Source: an uncultured Flavobacterium sp. (GTDB lineage Bacteria; Bacteroidota; Bacteroidia; Flavobacteriales; Flavobacteriaceae). From it: 64,000 nucleotides of DNA. Below the pieces are notes generated by a model. It saw only the letters and a list, made by a program, of their open reading frames with translations. It was not told the origin of the DNA and did no database searches. A program made the translations under genes and the position numbers. Shown here in pieces: positions 40,944 through 51,384 of the stretch (positions are counted from its first letter, which is position 1; each line of letters opens with the position of its first letter). The DNA lies in assembly GCF_937967675.1 (NCBI RefSeq), contig NZ_CALBSN010000090.1:6851-70850 (forward strand), in the 5' to 3' direction.

Positions 40944-41891
40944 TTAAGGTTTTGTATAGTTTAAAATATCAAAAGTTAACTTTGAAAATGGTCTTTTATA
41001 ATAATATTGATGATTAAAATTTGTTCCATAAAGGGTTGCTCTTAATCGACTTAATCTAGGTTTGTTTGCTAAAGGTATTTGATTACTAATAGCACTTATA
41101 TAACTTATTGGGTACATTCTTTGTTTATTAAGAATATCTTTTATTATTTCTTTATGAGTTTTGTATCTTTCTAGTAAACCTATAGTTTCGATAGATTTTT
41201 TAAATTCTTCTTTGTACTTAGTTTTAATTAGAACTAGATTCAATTCTAATTTACTTGTATCTGTAATAAAACCTGCTCCAATTGGATTTAATAGAAAAAA
41301 ATAGGAATTATTAACATTGACATTAAGATGAGGATTGAAAAAATCTGCATTTTGATTCAACTTAACAAAATTACAGGCTTTACAGCATGGCACTAGATTA
41401 AAGAATGAAATAGCAAGAAATGGATAATCTATTTTGGAATAAATATGATCCCAATCAAATGTTCTTCTAATAGGAGTTACACTTCCTCTATATCTAAATG
41501 AATATGTGAAGTTTTCGTTACAATATGGACAAGTGAAGATATCTAGATTATCAGCTAAATACGAAGAAGAGTATTTAATACCAAGTTTTCTATTTTCATA
41601 AATACCTTGAATGAAATAATTATACAGCGTTTCGAGGTCAAAATCTGTTTTGATTATGCTTTTATCAGTTAAAGGCAGTGTGTCAAAATAAGTTTTAATT
41701 TCATATAATTTTAGAGGACTAGCTTTTAATAAATCTTCAAAATTATTGATGATGTTTCCAAAATGTAATTTCACCAAAGCATCTATTTTTTTAGTACTAT
41801 ATTTTTTTGCAGTTGTATTACAATAGTCCAGAATAGATTCTGAATGAGTTTCTAAAAAAGATTTGTAATTTGAATAGTGGACACTAATCAT
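40944..41891 (-). CDS. HNH-type nuclease, PtuB-like (Septu-like partner)
   Basis: CPYCNENF … DWDHIYSKIDYP … FNLVPCCKACNFVKLN gives the CxxC…DH…N…CxxCN HNH geometry. The start lies 1 nt after the stop of the upstream ATPase. Confidence 0.6.
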   Translation of the reverse strand: MISVHYSNYKSFLETHSESILDYCNTTAKKYSTKKIDALVKLHFGNIINNFEDLLKASPLKLYEIKTYFDTLPLTDKSIIKTDFDLETLYNYFIQGIYENRKLGIKYSSSYLADNLDIFTCPYCNENFTYSFRYRGSVTPIRRTFDWDHIYSKIDYPFLAISFFNLVPCCKACNFVKLNQNADFFNPHLNVNVNNSYFFLLNPIGAGFITDTSKLELNLVLIKTKYKEEFKKSIETIGLLERYKTHKEIIKDILNKQRMYPISYISAISNQIPLANKPRLSRLRATLYGTNFNHQYYYKRPFSKLTFDILNYTKP

Positions 41892-41892
41892 T

Positions 41893-43773
41893 TTAATTCG
41901 TTTCTTTATTGTTATTTATATCTGTTTTGATAAACTCGTAGTATTCATCAAAATTTTTCATTTTTTGAAAATCAATCATTTTTTGAATCTCATCTCGAAT
42001 TAAAGATTCTCCAATTAACTTATTGAAATTCTCAACTTCAAGTATGTTTACAAAATCGGATTCCTCATTATTAAGAAACTTTATAGCTTGATTAATTTTA
42101 TCAAAGGCAAACTCACTAATAAACTCCTTAACATAAAAACCATCATTAAAAAGTTCGAAAATATTTCCTCCAAGAGTTGGTAAGTGATTTTCTGATTTAG
42201 AAACTTTACAATAACCATTCTCATCTTTTATTAAAAATATCAGATTGTGTTTTGGAATATCAGAAACTATAAATGGAGAATGTGAGGTTATAATCATTTG
42301 AATTCCCTTATTAAACTTTTTAGCATAAAGTTGAAAGAACTGAAATAAAGTATTAATATATTTTCTCTGCCACTCAGGATGTAGATATAATTCTCCTTCA
42401 TCAATACTAATGATTATATTGTCCTTATGAGAGTATTTAAATGCTTCATGAAATTCTGATAATTGGTATAAAATAGCATCTTCACCTGAACTAAAAGGTG
42501 TAATACTGTAATTTATTAGAGCTTCTGATCTGAAATCTGTTATTAAAAGTATTTCTTTTAGAAATTTCCATAAATTCTTGTTTAAGGATAGTTCAAAATT
42601 TCCATTACCAAAAAACTCTTTAGATTCTGATATTTCAATGTTTTCAAGTAAAACATCTAGATTCTTCAATAAGTCATTTATTTTATCAATTTCATAGTTT
42701 TGTTTTTGACTTTTTTGAGTTATTAAATATTCATATATAGAATTGAAAATATTATCATCTAAAGAAAGTGATTCAACAAATGCTGATACATTCTTTAGAT
42801 AACCAAATTCACCAGTTCGTTTAAAAAAATCATTATAGAAGGCAAAAAATAAGTAATGAAATTTAATTCCTTTTTTAAGCTTTTCTTTAAAATTGACTTC
42901 TTCATTATATAATTTAAAACAATGCTTAGATATGTCTGCTAATCTCTTAAAATCATATTTAGAACTTTCAATCAATTTAATTGTTTCTGGGAAAATATTT
43001 TCATTGAACCATATTGTTATTTTTTCCGGAAATTTAATATCTCCTATAATTGAAAATTGATTTTCAAAACTATCAGAAAGAAAATTGACCATTCTTTCTA
43101 ATCTTTCATTCTGATATATAGATTGTAAATTGAAGCTTTCTTCTAAAAATAAATAGGTTTCATTACCTTCCTTCTTTTTATTGTAATCTTTTAAATATTC
43201 AGAAACCTTACTAGGTGAAAGTGATTGGCGTAACTGATAATCAACCGAACGGTTTAAAGGATTGTCTAATCCTAAGTAGTTTACGTTTTGGTTTGAACTT
43301 AAATTTGAATAAAAAATTAAATCAATTTCTTTAAAGGGATTTATGTTTTTTTTTTTGATTATTTTACCATTTTCTTCAGAGAATATTCCTTTCTCAGGAA
43401 GTGAAATGTTAATAGTTTGTTTTTTTCCAAAATGGGAAAATGTACTGACATAATCAATTATTTCATATGAGTTATCTTCTTCATTTTCAATAATGACAAC
43501 CACATTGTTTACTAATGGTTTTTCAGCAGCAATTACATTTATTAATTTTAATAATGAACTTTTCCCTGAACCATTTATACCTATAATTCCAGATATATTT
43601 ATTATTTCAGAATTACTAAATAAGTCGTAATAATCATCTGTATTCTGAATACTTAAATTTAAAATTCTTTTCTCTTGGTCAAAATTGAATTCGTAAGTAT
43701 TTCTACCTCCAAAATTAAAACCTTGATTTTTAATTTTCATATAATCTTCAACCCAAATTGCAGCTAATCTCAT
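41893..43773 (-). CDS. ABC/OLD-like AAA_15/21-type ATPase, PtuA-like
   Basis: Walker A GINGSGKSS (about aa 66-72), signature-like SSGE, Walker B IIISIDEGELYLHP and H-loop ITSHSPF. Confidence 0.65.
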   Translation of the reverse strand: MRLAAIWVEDYMKIKNQGFNFGGRNTYEFNFDQEKRILNLSIQNTDDYYDLFSNSEIINISGIIGINGSGKSSLLKLINVIAAEKPLVNNVVVIIENEEDNSYEIIDYVSTFSHFGKKQTINISLPEKGIFSEENGKIIKKKNINPFKEIDLIFYSNLSSNQNVNYLGLDNPLNRSVDYQLRQSLSPSKVSEYLKDYNKKKEGNETYLFLEESFNLQSIYQNERLERMVNFLSDSFENQFSIIGDIKFPEKITIWFNENIFPETIKLIESSKYDFKRLADISKHCFKLYNEEVNFKEKLKKGIKFHYLFFAFYNDFFKRTGEFGYLKNVSAFVESLSLDDNIFNSIYEYLITQKSQKQNYEIDKINDLLKNLDVLLENIEISESKEFFGNGNFELSLNKNLWKFLKEILLITDFRSEALINYSITPFSSGEDAILYQLSEFHEAFKYSHKDNIIISIDEGELYLHPEWQRKYINTLFQFFQLYAKKFNKGIQMIITSHSPFIVSDIPKHNLIFLIKDENGYCKVSKSENHLPTLGGNIFELFNDGFYVKEFISEFAFDKINQAIKFLNNEESDFVNILEVENFNKLIGESLIRDEIQKMIDFQKMKNFDEYYEFIKTDINNNKETN

Positions 43774-43796
43774 GTATTGTTTATTATAAGTCGTTT

Positions 43797-44558
43797 TTAT
43801 GCTAACCCAGTATAACTTAATTTATCATAATATTCAGATGAGTTTAATAAAATCATCGGAGCATCAATATAAAAATCATTATTAAATCCAAATTTAAAAA
43901 ATACAGCATATTTATTATGTGGTGGCAAAAAACTTTCCATGTAATCATTAAAAATTTCAACTTGAAATTTTAAAGCTGTGTTTTTTGGAATTATAATTTC
44001 ATTATTTAAAATAGTGTTTACAGTTTCTCCATCTTTAGGTAATCTAATTTTGTATTTGATTGTTGGTCTAAGTAATGTTGGTATTTCAATCATTGGTCCT
44101 GATAAACCAATTGGAAGTCTTTTGTTTTTTAGTTCAATATTAGTTAGTAGAATAGTTTTGTCAGAATTATTGATAAATGTAAAATTGAATATTGGAAATA
44201 GTGATTTAAAGCTAACTGCTTCAAAAGCATTCTTGGTTTCTTTAATAGCTTCCCAACCGCAATTTTCATTATCAATGGTTACAGAAATAAATTGAATATC
44301 AGCATTTTTATTGATTAAATTATTCTTCCATTTTTTTACTTCATCTATTTGAATGTCTCCTTTTGTGATTTTAGAATGACAAATTGGGCAAAGCAAAATA
44401 AGATTATCCATTGAATTATTATTTGGGTTTTCATCAATATGATGAATTTCAAAATGTCCAACATCTTTATTTTCACAATTAGGACATTTCGAGTTTATTT
44501 CTTGTTGAAGCATTGCTCTGACTTTGTTAAGCTGAGGAATCGGAACCCTTTTTTTCAT
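43797..44558 (-). CDS. HNH endonuclease domain protein with uncharacterised C-terminal domain
   Basis: CPNCENKDVGHFEIHHIDENPNNNSMDNLILLCPICHSKI in the first roughly 65 aa. The remaining roughly 185 aa carry no motif I recognise. Confidence 0.7.
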   Translation of the reverse strand: MKKRVPIPQLNKVRAMLQQEINSKCPNCENKDVGHFEIHHIDENPNNNSMDNLILLCPICHSKITKGDIQIDEVKKWKNNLINKNADIQFISVTIDNENCGWEAIKETKNAFEAVSFKSLFPIFNFTFINNSDKTILLTNIELKNKRLPIGLSGPMIEIPTLLRPTIKYKIRLPKDGETVNTILNNEIIIPKNTALKFQVEIFNDYMESFLPPHNKYAVFFKFGFNNDFYIDAPMILLNSSEYYDKLSYTGLA

Positions 44559-44569
44559 GTTATTATTTA

Positions 44570-47500
44570 TTAAATTGTCTTTAAAGTATCCATAACTTTA
44601 TTTGAATTTAATCGTAAGTGGTCAATTTTTAGCATATCATCAAAAACAGTCAAAGCTTTTTCAATTTGTTTTTTGTTTGCATTAAAATTATTGTTTAAAC
44701 TGCTATATATTGATAAAACTAATTGAACGGGCTCTGCATCATAATGCCCCCTATCTTGCACAGTTATTACTTTATTAAATTTCATATTTTTTAACAATTC
44801 TAAACATTCATTAGGATAATCTTTTGCACATTGTAACAAATACTGTAAAAAATATCTTGGTTGATTTCTGAATAATATTGTTTTAGAATATTTCTTCATA
44901 AAAGGAAGCAACTCCTCAAAATTTGAATTATTAAATTTTCTTAAAATTAAAGTTGAGTAAGAACTTGCAAAATCATCATCTATTTGATTTATAAATTCAA
45001 ATAAAATATCTAGGCATTTTTCATTAATTATTTCCTTCGCAAATAGGTTTTCTTCTGCAATATGCAAAGCTTGTAATTTTGCTTTCTTACTACTATTTAT
45101 AAATCTGTTATAATATTGCTTGTTTGTATCGTAACCTAATAACCAACTATGAACAATTAAATAACTACCTTTGTCATGTAATTCTTCATTATCAATGACT
45201 TTATCCATTAATGGTAGCATATTTAAGTAGAACTTTTTATTAAAGTAGCTAGCCGATTTAAAGCAATACTTAAGTATTAAGGCGTCTTTTGTATCCGTTA
45301 GTTTAATGAAAATTTTAAAAGCTCTGTCAATATCTAAATAATTGAGATATGCAAGGTTTAACAATATCGCAACTTTTACAGAAGTTTGTTTGTCATCGCA
45401 AGCATTTTCAACAGTAGTAAAAATAGTATCGCTAAATTGAATGTTATAATAACAATGAATTATCCTATGAATTGCTGCACCTCTCACTGAATTTAAGCTA
45501 TCAAAATGAGGGTCTGTAGGATTATTACTTTTTTCTGGATGTGGGTGATTCAATGCTAAATTAGAAAGGTATCCTAATATTTCATTATCTATAACTTTTT
45601 CCTCAATAAAGTAGCTTACGTTCCATATTGAACTCAAAGTATTTGATAAATCGAGATTGAGCTTAATTAATTTTAAATAAAGTTCTTTAACTAATCTCGC
45701 ATCGAACTTCCCTTTAATTAAGCCATCAATACCCGATGAAATATAATCTATCGAAATATTTTGAATATCAAATAGATCCTTAACTAGAGGATAAAATTTA
45801 ATCGGATCATTTGTTACCTCTTCTCTAAAACTATTAGAATGCTCACGTTTCCCACCCTTAAAACTATCGTTAAATCTATCTCTTTCATAATAATCATTAA
45901 ACATTAAAAAACTTTTTTTCCAATCAATTAAAGTCATTTTTTTATATGCACTTAATTCAAGAGGTGGACCAACAACTCCAGATGATATATTACTTCTATC
46001 TAATTGTTTTACATTAAGCTTACCAAATTTTCTAAATAATTCTTGATGAGTTCTTTTTAAAACAGGAATAGATTCCATTTCAGTCTTAGGCAAGCTATTT
46101 ATAAATAAATACTTTTTCTTTCCATAGAACCCAAGTGCTGGTTTTCTTATATTATTACTGTCGTTGTAATAATATATATCCGCAGGGTGTTTTATTGATA
46201 AAATAATATTTGCCAATTCTAATTTTTGGCTTTCAGAAAAAATACTAAAACTTTTAGAAATTAATTCTCTCAAGTATAGTTGGAATTTATCATCATAGCC
46301 ATTAAATCCATTTTTAGAATGAATGATTTTTATGAATTCAAAGACTTCTTCTTTATATAATAATGGGATTTCTGTTAGACCTAGAATTAAAATTTTAAGA
46401 TGCGAAATAGAATTTGAATCTTTATGTTTTTCATAATAGTTCTTGAAAAACAATTTGTGTTTAGATTTAGATTTGATATATTTTATAAGCAAATTTTCAA
46501 TTATATCATCCGCATTTTCTTTTATATCACTTTCAAATAATTCAGAGAATTTTGAGTTTTTATACAATGGACTATCTTCAATATCACCCCCTTTTTCATA
46601 TTTATTATTATCTACTATCTCGTCAAAAATTGAATGAAAATAAAAGAAGCATAAATCTGGATTGATATTATTTATTTTCTCAATTAAACTACTTTGCTCA
46701 TTAGTAAAGTTTATTGTAAATGAATGTTCTTCGAAACATTTTAAAATGATTGGTTTTAATTTATCAAATACAAAGTTGGGATAATAATTGAAAATTTTTT
46801 CTAATATCTTATAATACCAAAAGTTATCTCTGTTTTTATCTTCTATATTGAAATGAAAGTATTTGTCAAATAATACTAATAATTTTTCAAAGGACCAATC
46901 ATCGACATTAATCAAAAATCTATTTATAAAATTTATCTTTTCATCTGATTCAGGAAGCTTTTCAATAACATTTAGGATTACATCTAAGCCGTCTTTTCTA
47001 TTATTTATAAATAAACGGAATAACAATGCTAGTCTCATTTCTTTCTGCTTCAAATAATCGTACTTAAGTGAAAGCCCTTGCTTAATAATTTTATTTAAAA
47101 CTAATTTTTCATAAAAATTGATTTTCCAATCTTTTTGATAATCAAAGTATTTCAATGGAATGTTTTGATTAACAATAAACTTTAACCACCCCAAAGAAAA
47201 AATTGAGTTTATGAAAAGTCTGGTTAAGTCAAAATCAGTCAAAATGAATTTTGATACAATATTTTTTTCTTTATTTGTGGGATTTTTTACGTCACCCAAA
47301 CTTGTTATAACTAAAGTTTTAATGTGAAACCTAAACTTTGATGAAGTTATAAGCTGAGTTATTGTTTTGCAATATTCGTCATGGTTATACTCTCTATAAT
47401 ATTCAGTAACCATTTTAATGATTGATCGAACATATAGACTTTGTTTATTTTCATTAATATAGTTACTTAATGATTTTTTATTTTCAACAAATTGCCTAGA

Positions 47501-49012
47501 AAATGTATAATCATAAAATGTTTGATGGAAAAATTGTAATTCATTGTTGTTCTCAATTAGCAAATGATTACTTTTTAAATAATTTATTTCTTTTGAATAT
47601 TGATTTTCAAAAATATTACTGATTGTAATTTGCTGATTCTGATACATTCCGTCTGCTATTTTATACAAAACAGATTTTAATTGTAATTCACTTTTGCTGT
47701 ATATCAGTTGTTTCCATAGTGCATCATATAAATCCTTCAATGACGACAAAGTATCTATATTAATCTTGCTTGGTAACCTGCAAAATATGTCTAAATGATT
47801 TGGAATCGCTAATAATTCTAAAAATTTATCAGAACAATCATTAATTCCATATTTCAATAAAACTTCTTGAACTTTTTCTTTAGATATTCCAGTAATTTTG
47901 ATTTTTGAATATTCATTAGATTTATAAATACGCAATTCAGCATCATAGTTTAAATCGTAGCTTCTTGTAGATATCACTACTCTAACATTAGAATAGAAAG
48001 ATAAATCGTATATTAATCTATTATAGGTTTGAATGAATTCCCTATTTGTTGATAATGTTTGTGAAAGCGCATCTAATTGATCAATTACAATTACTAGAGC
48101 TTTATTTTCATTTTTATAAAGCTGAACAATTTTTTCAATTGATATATTCTCTTTTTGAAATATTTTTTTTTCTAATTCAATTCTATCTGACGCATAATAT
48201 TTATCTGCCTTAATACCTAGTACGTTTGTATTATTTTGTTTAAGTTTTAGTAATAAGTCTTTTAGAACTACTGTTTTACCATAACCTTTTTCTCCTTCAA
48301 GAATAAATATATTTTTTTGTTCACTAGTTAAATCATTATTAATCCAATTATATATAGCATCTGTTTCACTTCTTTCAATATGGGTATCTGTATTTTCTCC
48401 AAAAAGAGTTGGTACATTTTCAAGATAAAAATTTGCTTTATTAATTTCTATTTGGCTTTCATCTAAAGAAATGTTGTTCGTTATGGTTTTATGAATATCT
48501 TCAACTTTTTTATCAATATCTGCTATTTTTAAGGAATCTTCAATTTTAAAAACCTGATTATAAAGATTATGTGTTTTGAATAAATCAATTAAATCATTAC
48601 CGTCTTTTAATATGATAAAATCATCCTTTAAATTGTGTTTAGACTTCATCGAATCTACCCATTCACACCACCATTTATTCTGTTTTAAATCTAAAGTTCT
48701 CGGAATACATAATATCCATTTCTCTGTTACAAATTCCCCTGAATTAATTACAGTATTAAAAGAGTCTTTAATTTGTTGTTTTTGGGAAGAACCAAAATCT
48801 TCTAGAAAAAATTTACATTGAATGACAGAAATTGGTTCAACACCAATATTACCAATAAAAACATCTATACCGCCATCCCCAACGGATATTTTAACTGTTT
48901 TGACATTCCTATCTTTATAAATAACATTAAACAAGGTACCACAATCCCTTTCAAACGCGGCTCTTGCTCCCTCAATATTTACATTTCTAACTTTATAGTC
49001 CTGCCAATCCAT
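44570..49012 (-). CDS. Mrr-like nuclease - STAND P-loop NTPase - helical-repeat protein (Avs-like), 1480 aa
   Basis: aa about 19-67: AFERD…GDGGIDVFIG…VIQCK (Mrr_cat-type PD-(D/E)xK). Walker A GEKGYGKT (about 240-247), Walker B LVIVIDQLD (about 306-314), then VVISTRS. About 1100 aa of helical C-terminal region follow. Confidence 0.65.
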   Translation of the reverse strand: MDWQDYKVRNVNIEGARAAFERDCGTLFNVIYKDRNVKTVKISVGDGGIDVFIGNIGVEPISVIQCKFFLEDFGSSQKQQIKDSFNTVINSGEFVTEKWILCIPRTLDLKQNKWWCEWVDSMKSKHNLKDDFIILKDGNDLIDLFKTHNLYNQVFKIEDSLKIADIDKKVEDIHKTITNNISLDESQIEINKANFYLENVPTLFGENTDTHIERSETDAIYNWINNDLTSEQKNIFILEGEKGYGKTVVLKDLLLKLKQNNTNVLGIKADKYYASDRIELEKKIFQKENISIEKIVQLYKNENKALVIVIDQLDALSQTLSTNREFIQTYNRLIYDLSFYSNVRVVISTRSYDLNYDAELRIYKSNEYSKIKITGISKEKVQEVLLKYGINDCSDKFLELLAIPNHLDIFCRLPSKINIDTLSSLKDLYDALWKQLIYSKSELQLKSVLYKIADGMYQNQQITISNIFENQYSKEINYLKSNHLLIENNNELQFFHQTFYDYTFSRQFVENKKSLSNYINENKQSLYVRSIIKMVTEYYREYNHDEYCKTITQLITSSKFRFHIKTLVITSLGDVKNPTNKEKNIVSKFILTDFDLTRLFINSIFSLGWLKFIVNQNIPLKYFDYQKDWKINFYEKLVLNKIIKQGLSLKYDYLKQKEMRLALLFRLFINNRKDGLDVILNVIEKLPESDEKINFINRFLINVDDWSFEKLLVLFDKYFHFNIEDKNRDNFWYYKILEKIFNYYPNFVFDKLKPIILKCFEEHSFTINFTNEQSSLIEKINNINPDLCFFYFHSIFDEIVDNNKYEKGGDIEDSPLYKNSKFSELFESDIKENADDIIENLLIKYIKSKSKHKLFFKNYYEKHKDSNSISHLKILILGLTEIPLLYKEEVFEFIKIIHSKNGFNGYDDKFQLYLRELISKSFSIFSESQKLELANIILSIKHPADIYYYNDSNNIRKPALGFYGKKKYLFINSLPKTEMESIPVLKRTHQELFRKFGKLNVKQLDRSNISSGVVGPPLELSAYKKMTLIDWKKSFLMFNDYYERDRFNDSFKGGKREHSNSFREEVTNDPIKFYPLVKDLFDIQNISIDYISSGIDGLIKGKFDARLVKELYLKLIKLNLDLSNTLSSIWNVSYFIEEKVIDNEILGYLSNLALNHPHPEKSNNPTDPHFDSLNSVRGAAIHRIIHCYYNIQFSDTIFTTVENACDDKQTSVKVAILLNLAYLNYLDIDRAFKIFIKLTDTKDALILKYCFKSASYFNKKFYLNMLPLMDKVIDNEELHDKGSYLIVHSWLLGYDTNKQYYNRFINSSKKAKLQALHIAEENLFAKEIINEKCLDILFEFINQIDDDFASSYSTLILRKFNNSNFEELLPFMKKYSKTILFRNQPRYFLQYLLQCAKDYPNECLELLKNMKFNKVITVQDRGHYDAEPVQLVLSIYSSLNNNFNANKKQIEKALTVFDDMLKIDHLRLNSNKVMDTLKTI

Positions 49013-49016
49013 AATT

Positions 49017-51383
49017 TTATAGATTTATTTTGTCATTATCTTCAATATTAATTTGAACCTCTTCTCTTAGTTTAATATTTGAATGTAAAAAGTTTCTATC
49101 CGCTAAAAGTTTAGTGACTTCATTATATACTTGTTTTTGACCTTTTGTATCACGAATGGTTACAATAAGTGTAAAATCTTGGTTTAATTCTTCTCCATCT
49201 TGAATTGCTAATGTTTCAGCAAAATCTCTATATGTGCCTTTAATCTTAGCATACCATTTTCTATTACTAGCCAAACTATCACGTTGTCTAGCATCTTTCA
49301 TTTCACTTAAATTAACTGAATACTTTTTTACAGGTTGATACTTTTTACCATAATTGAGTAATACTCTTTCGCGTGCATATTCACTCTCGGTATCTTTAAT
49401 ATGTGCACTTTTGTAATTTGAATCAAGTAAAATATTTTGCGTGTCTTCTGGACCAATTTCATTAAGAATGTTAGCTTTAGTAGTGTCACGTTCTTTTATG
49501 TTTTCATACGTACCAAACATTAATTCTAAATTTGATTGACAATATTCTGCACCTTGTTTTTCTCTCAATACTGGTTGGCCAACTAAGGTAATTTTAATTT
49601 CCCCATAGAAAAACCCATCATCATCTATTAAACTTTCAGGAAATGGAAATTCTAGTATTTCAATAAATTCACCACGATTAATATTTTCTTGTAGAATAAG
49701 TGTAATTTCATGTGGGTCATTATAGATTATTTTATCAGCCGATTCAGGAATTCCAAATCCCATTTGATTTACTCTTTCTCTTATAGGTAGAGCAACACCA
49801 GTAGGATATTTTGCAGAATGAATTGCCAATGCTTTTAGTAATGTAGGATTAAATTTTTCCTTAATTTTAAAACTTAATTCGGATAATAAAGATGTTACTC
49901 TAGGAGTTGCAAAACTTGTTCCTATTATTTTTACAGCATTACCGTTATGATCTATCGCATCAACTCCATTTTGAATTGTTCTACCAGCATTTAAACCAGC
50001 ATTTCCACCAAACGAAACCAAATCAGGTTTGATGCTGTTTGCGGGACCTGGTCCAATTCTTGTGAATGGAGAGGGATGATTAATTTCAGCTAAATCATAA
50101 GTCTTTTTTGAATGAGCAACTGAACCTACAACTAATGAACGAACTGAATCTCCAGATCTAGCTACTCTACTTTTGGGATGACCTTTTTCAAAGTTTTTAC
50201 AATTGCCTGTAGATTTGCAAATAATAACATCATTTGTTAATTGGATATCGTCTAAAGCTTTGCCAAAATCTGAGAAATCATTTATGTCTGACTCTGCTGC
50301 TGTACCAAGAGATAAATTCCAAATTTTTATATGATTATTTTTTTTAATTGCTTCTCTTATATTTTCAACTAATTCATCCTCATCTATAGTTTCTTGTTTT
50401 GAGTCAGGAAATACTGTAGCATCAAAAATTTTACAACCTGTGTTTCCAGTCCAATTTTTATTTTGTAATTGATCTCCATATATAATGACACTTGAAACAC
50501 AAGAACCGTGCATCGGATCAATTAAATTGTCTGGGTATGATGAAAATTTTTCTTCTAATAACCAAGGTGCTAAATATGAATTTTTAGACACACCTGAATC
50601 TAACACACCTACAATTGGATATTCAATTCCTTCAGTTGGTAGTTTTACTTCTGCAGCTTTATCAGATTCAACGCTGTCAATTTCTACATGATATTTAGGC
50701 ATAAAAGTTATAGATTCTAATGCTTCAAAATCAGATATACTATCTAGAACTACTTTAGAGGCGTTTTTAATCTTAAAGATTATTAAACCGGGTGAATAAT
50801 TAACTTCTTTGGCTTCGATATTATTTTCTTTGCAATAATTTAAAAATACAGTTTTTACAGATTGATTTAATTCAAAATTTAAAAAATCAATTAATGATAT
50901 TTTTACATTTTGATTTTCTTCAATTTCAGCTATATATGGTTTGAATATTTCAACTGATTCAACAGCAGAAATACCTCTCGCATTTTTTGTATAATTTATG
51001 ATATTGTTTTTTATTGCAATTCCTTCTTCAACACTATCAACTTTTACAATTGCACTGTTAGAATCTAAAAAACCTATAATGTTATTTTTAGTTACTTTCC
51101 CATTAAAAATTTTTTGAATATCTTTTCTATGGGACTTTGCAATAGCATTATCATCTATATCAATTTTTAAAGTCGCTGGTATAAAACTTCTTGATGATTT
51201 CCTTTCTTTAAAATCACCTATTAGCTCATCAATAGGGCCAATAAAACTTTCAGCTCTTTCAGCTAATGACGGTCCTGACAACTCCCATTTTGGTATGCTA
51301 TCGTTACCACCGCCCTCAACTCTTCTATCATCAATTTTTTGCCTTTTTTGAAAAAGCTTTATTGGTAAATTCTTCTTTGCCAT
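49017..51383 (-). CDS. Subtilisin-like S8 serine protease, IetS-like
   Basis: Catalytic motifs VGVLDSGV (D262), MHGSCVSS (H292), WNLSLG (N356) and GTSFATPRV (S490). Flanked by roughly 250-aa N-terminal and roughly 250-aa C-terminal extensions. Confidence 0.75.
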   Translation of the reverse strand: MAKKNLPIKLFQKRQKIDDRRVEGGGNDSIPKWELSGPSLAERAESFIGPIDELIGDFKERKSSRSFIPATLKIDIDDNAIAKSHRKDIQKIFNGKVTKNNIIGFLDSNSAIVKVDSVEEGIAIKNNIINYTKNARGISAVESVEIFKPYIAEIEENQNVKISLIDFLNFELNQSVKTVFLNYCKENNIEAKEVNYSPGLIIFKIKNASKVVLDSISDFEALESITFMPKYHVEIDSVESDKAAEVKLPTEGIEYPIVGVLDSGVSKNSYLAPWLLEEKFSSYPDNLIDPMHGSCVSSVIIYGDQLQNKNWTGNTGCKIFDATVFPDSKQETIDEDELVENIREAIKKNNHIKIWNLSLGTAAESDINDFSDFGKALDDIQLTNDVIICKSTGNCKNFEKGHPKSRVARSGDSVRSLVVGSVAHSKKTYDLAEINHPSPFTRIGPGPANSIKPDLVSFGGNAGLNAGRTIQNGVDAIDHNGNAVKIIGTSFATPRVTSLLSELSFKIKEKFNPTLLKALAIHSAKYPTGVALPIRERVNQMGFGIPESADKIIYNDPHEITLILQENINRGEFIEILEFPFPESLIDDDGFFYGEIKITLVGQPVLREKQGAEYCQSNLELMFGTYENIKERDTTKANILNEIGPEDTQNILLDSNYKSAHIKDTESEYARERVLLNYGKKYQPVKKYSVNLSEMKDARQRDSLASNRKWYAKIKGTYRDFAETLAIQDGEELNQDFTLIVTIRDTKGQKQVYNEVTKLLADRNFLHSNIKLREEVQINIEDNDKINL

Positions 51384-51384
51384 C

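Noticed and set aside
40773-43773. Possibility that the Septu-like pair belongs to a retron (retron-Septu), with the G-rich region acting as msr/msd.
   Set aside because: There is no reverse transcriptase ORF anywhere in the window. The G-rich block also lies downstream of the HNH gene rather than upstream of an RT.
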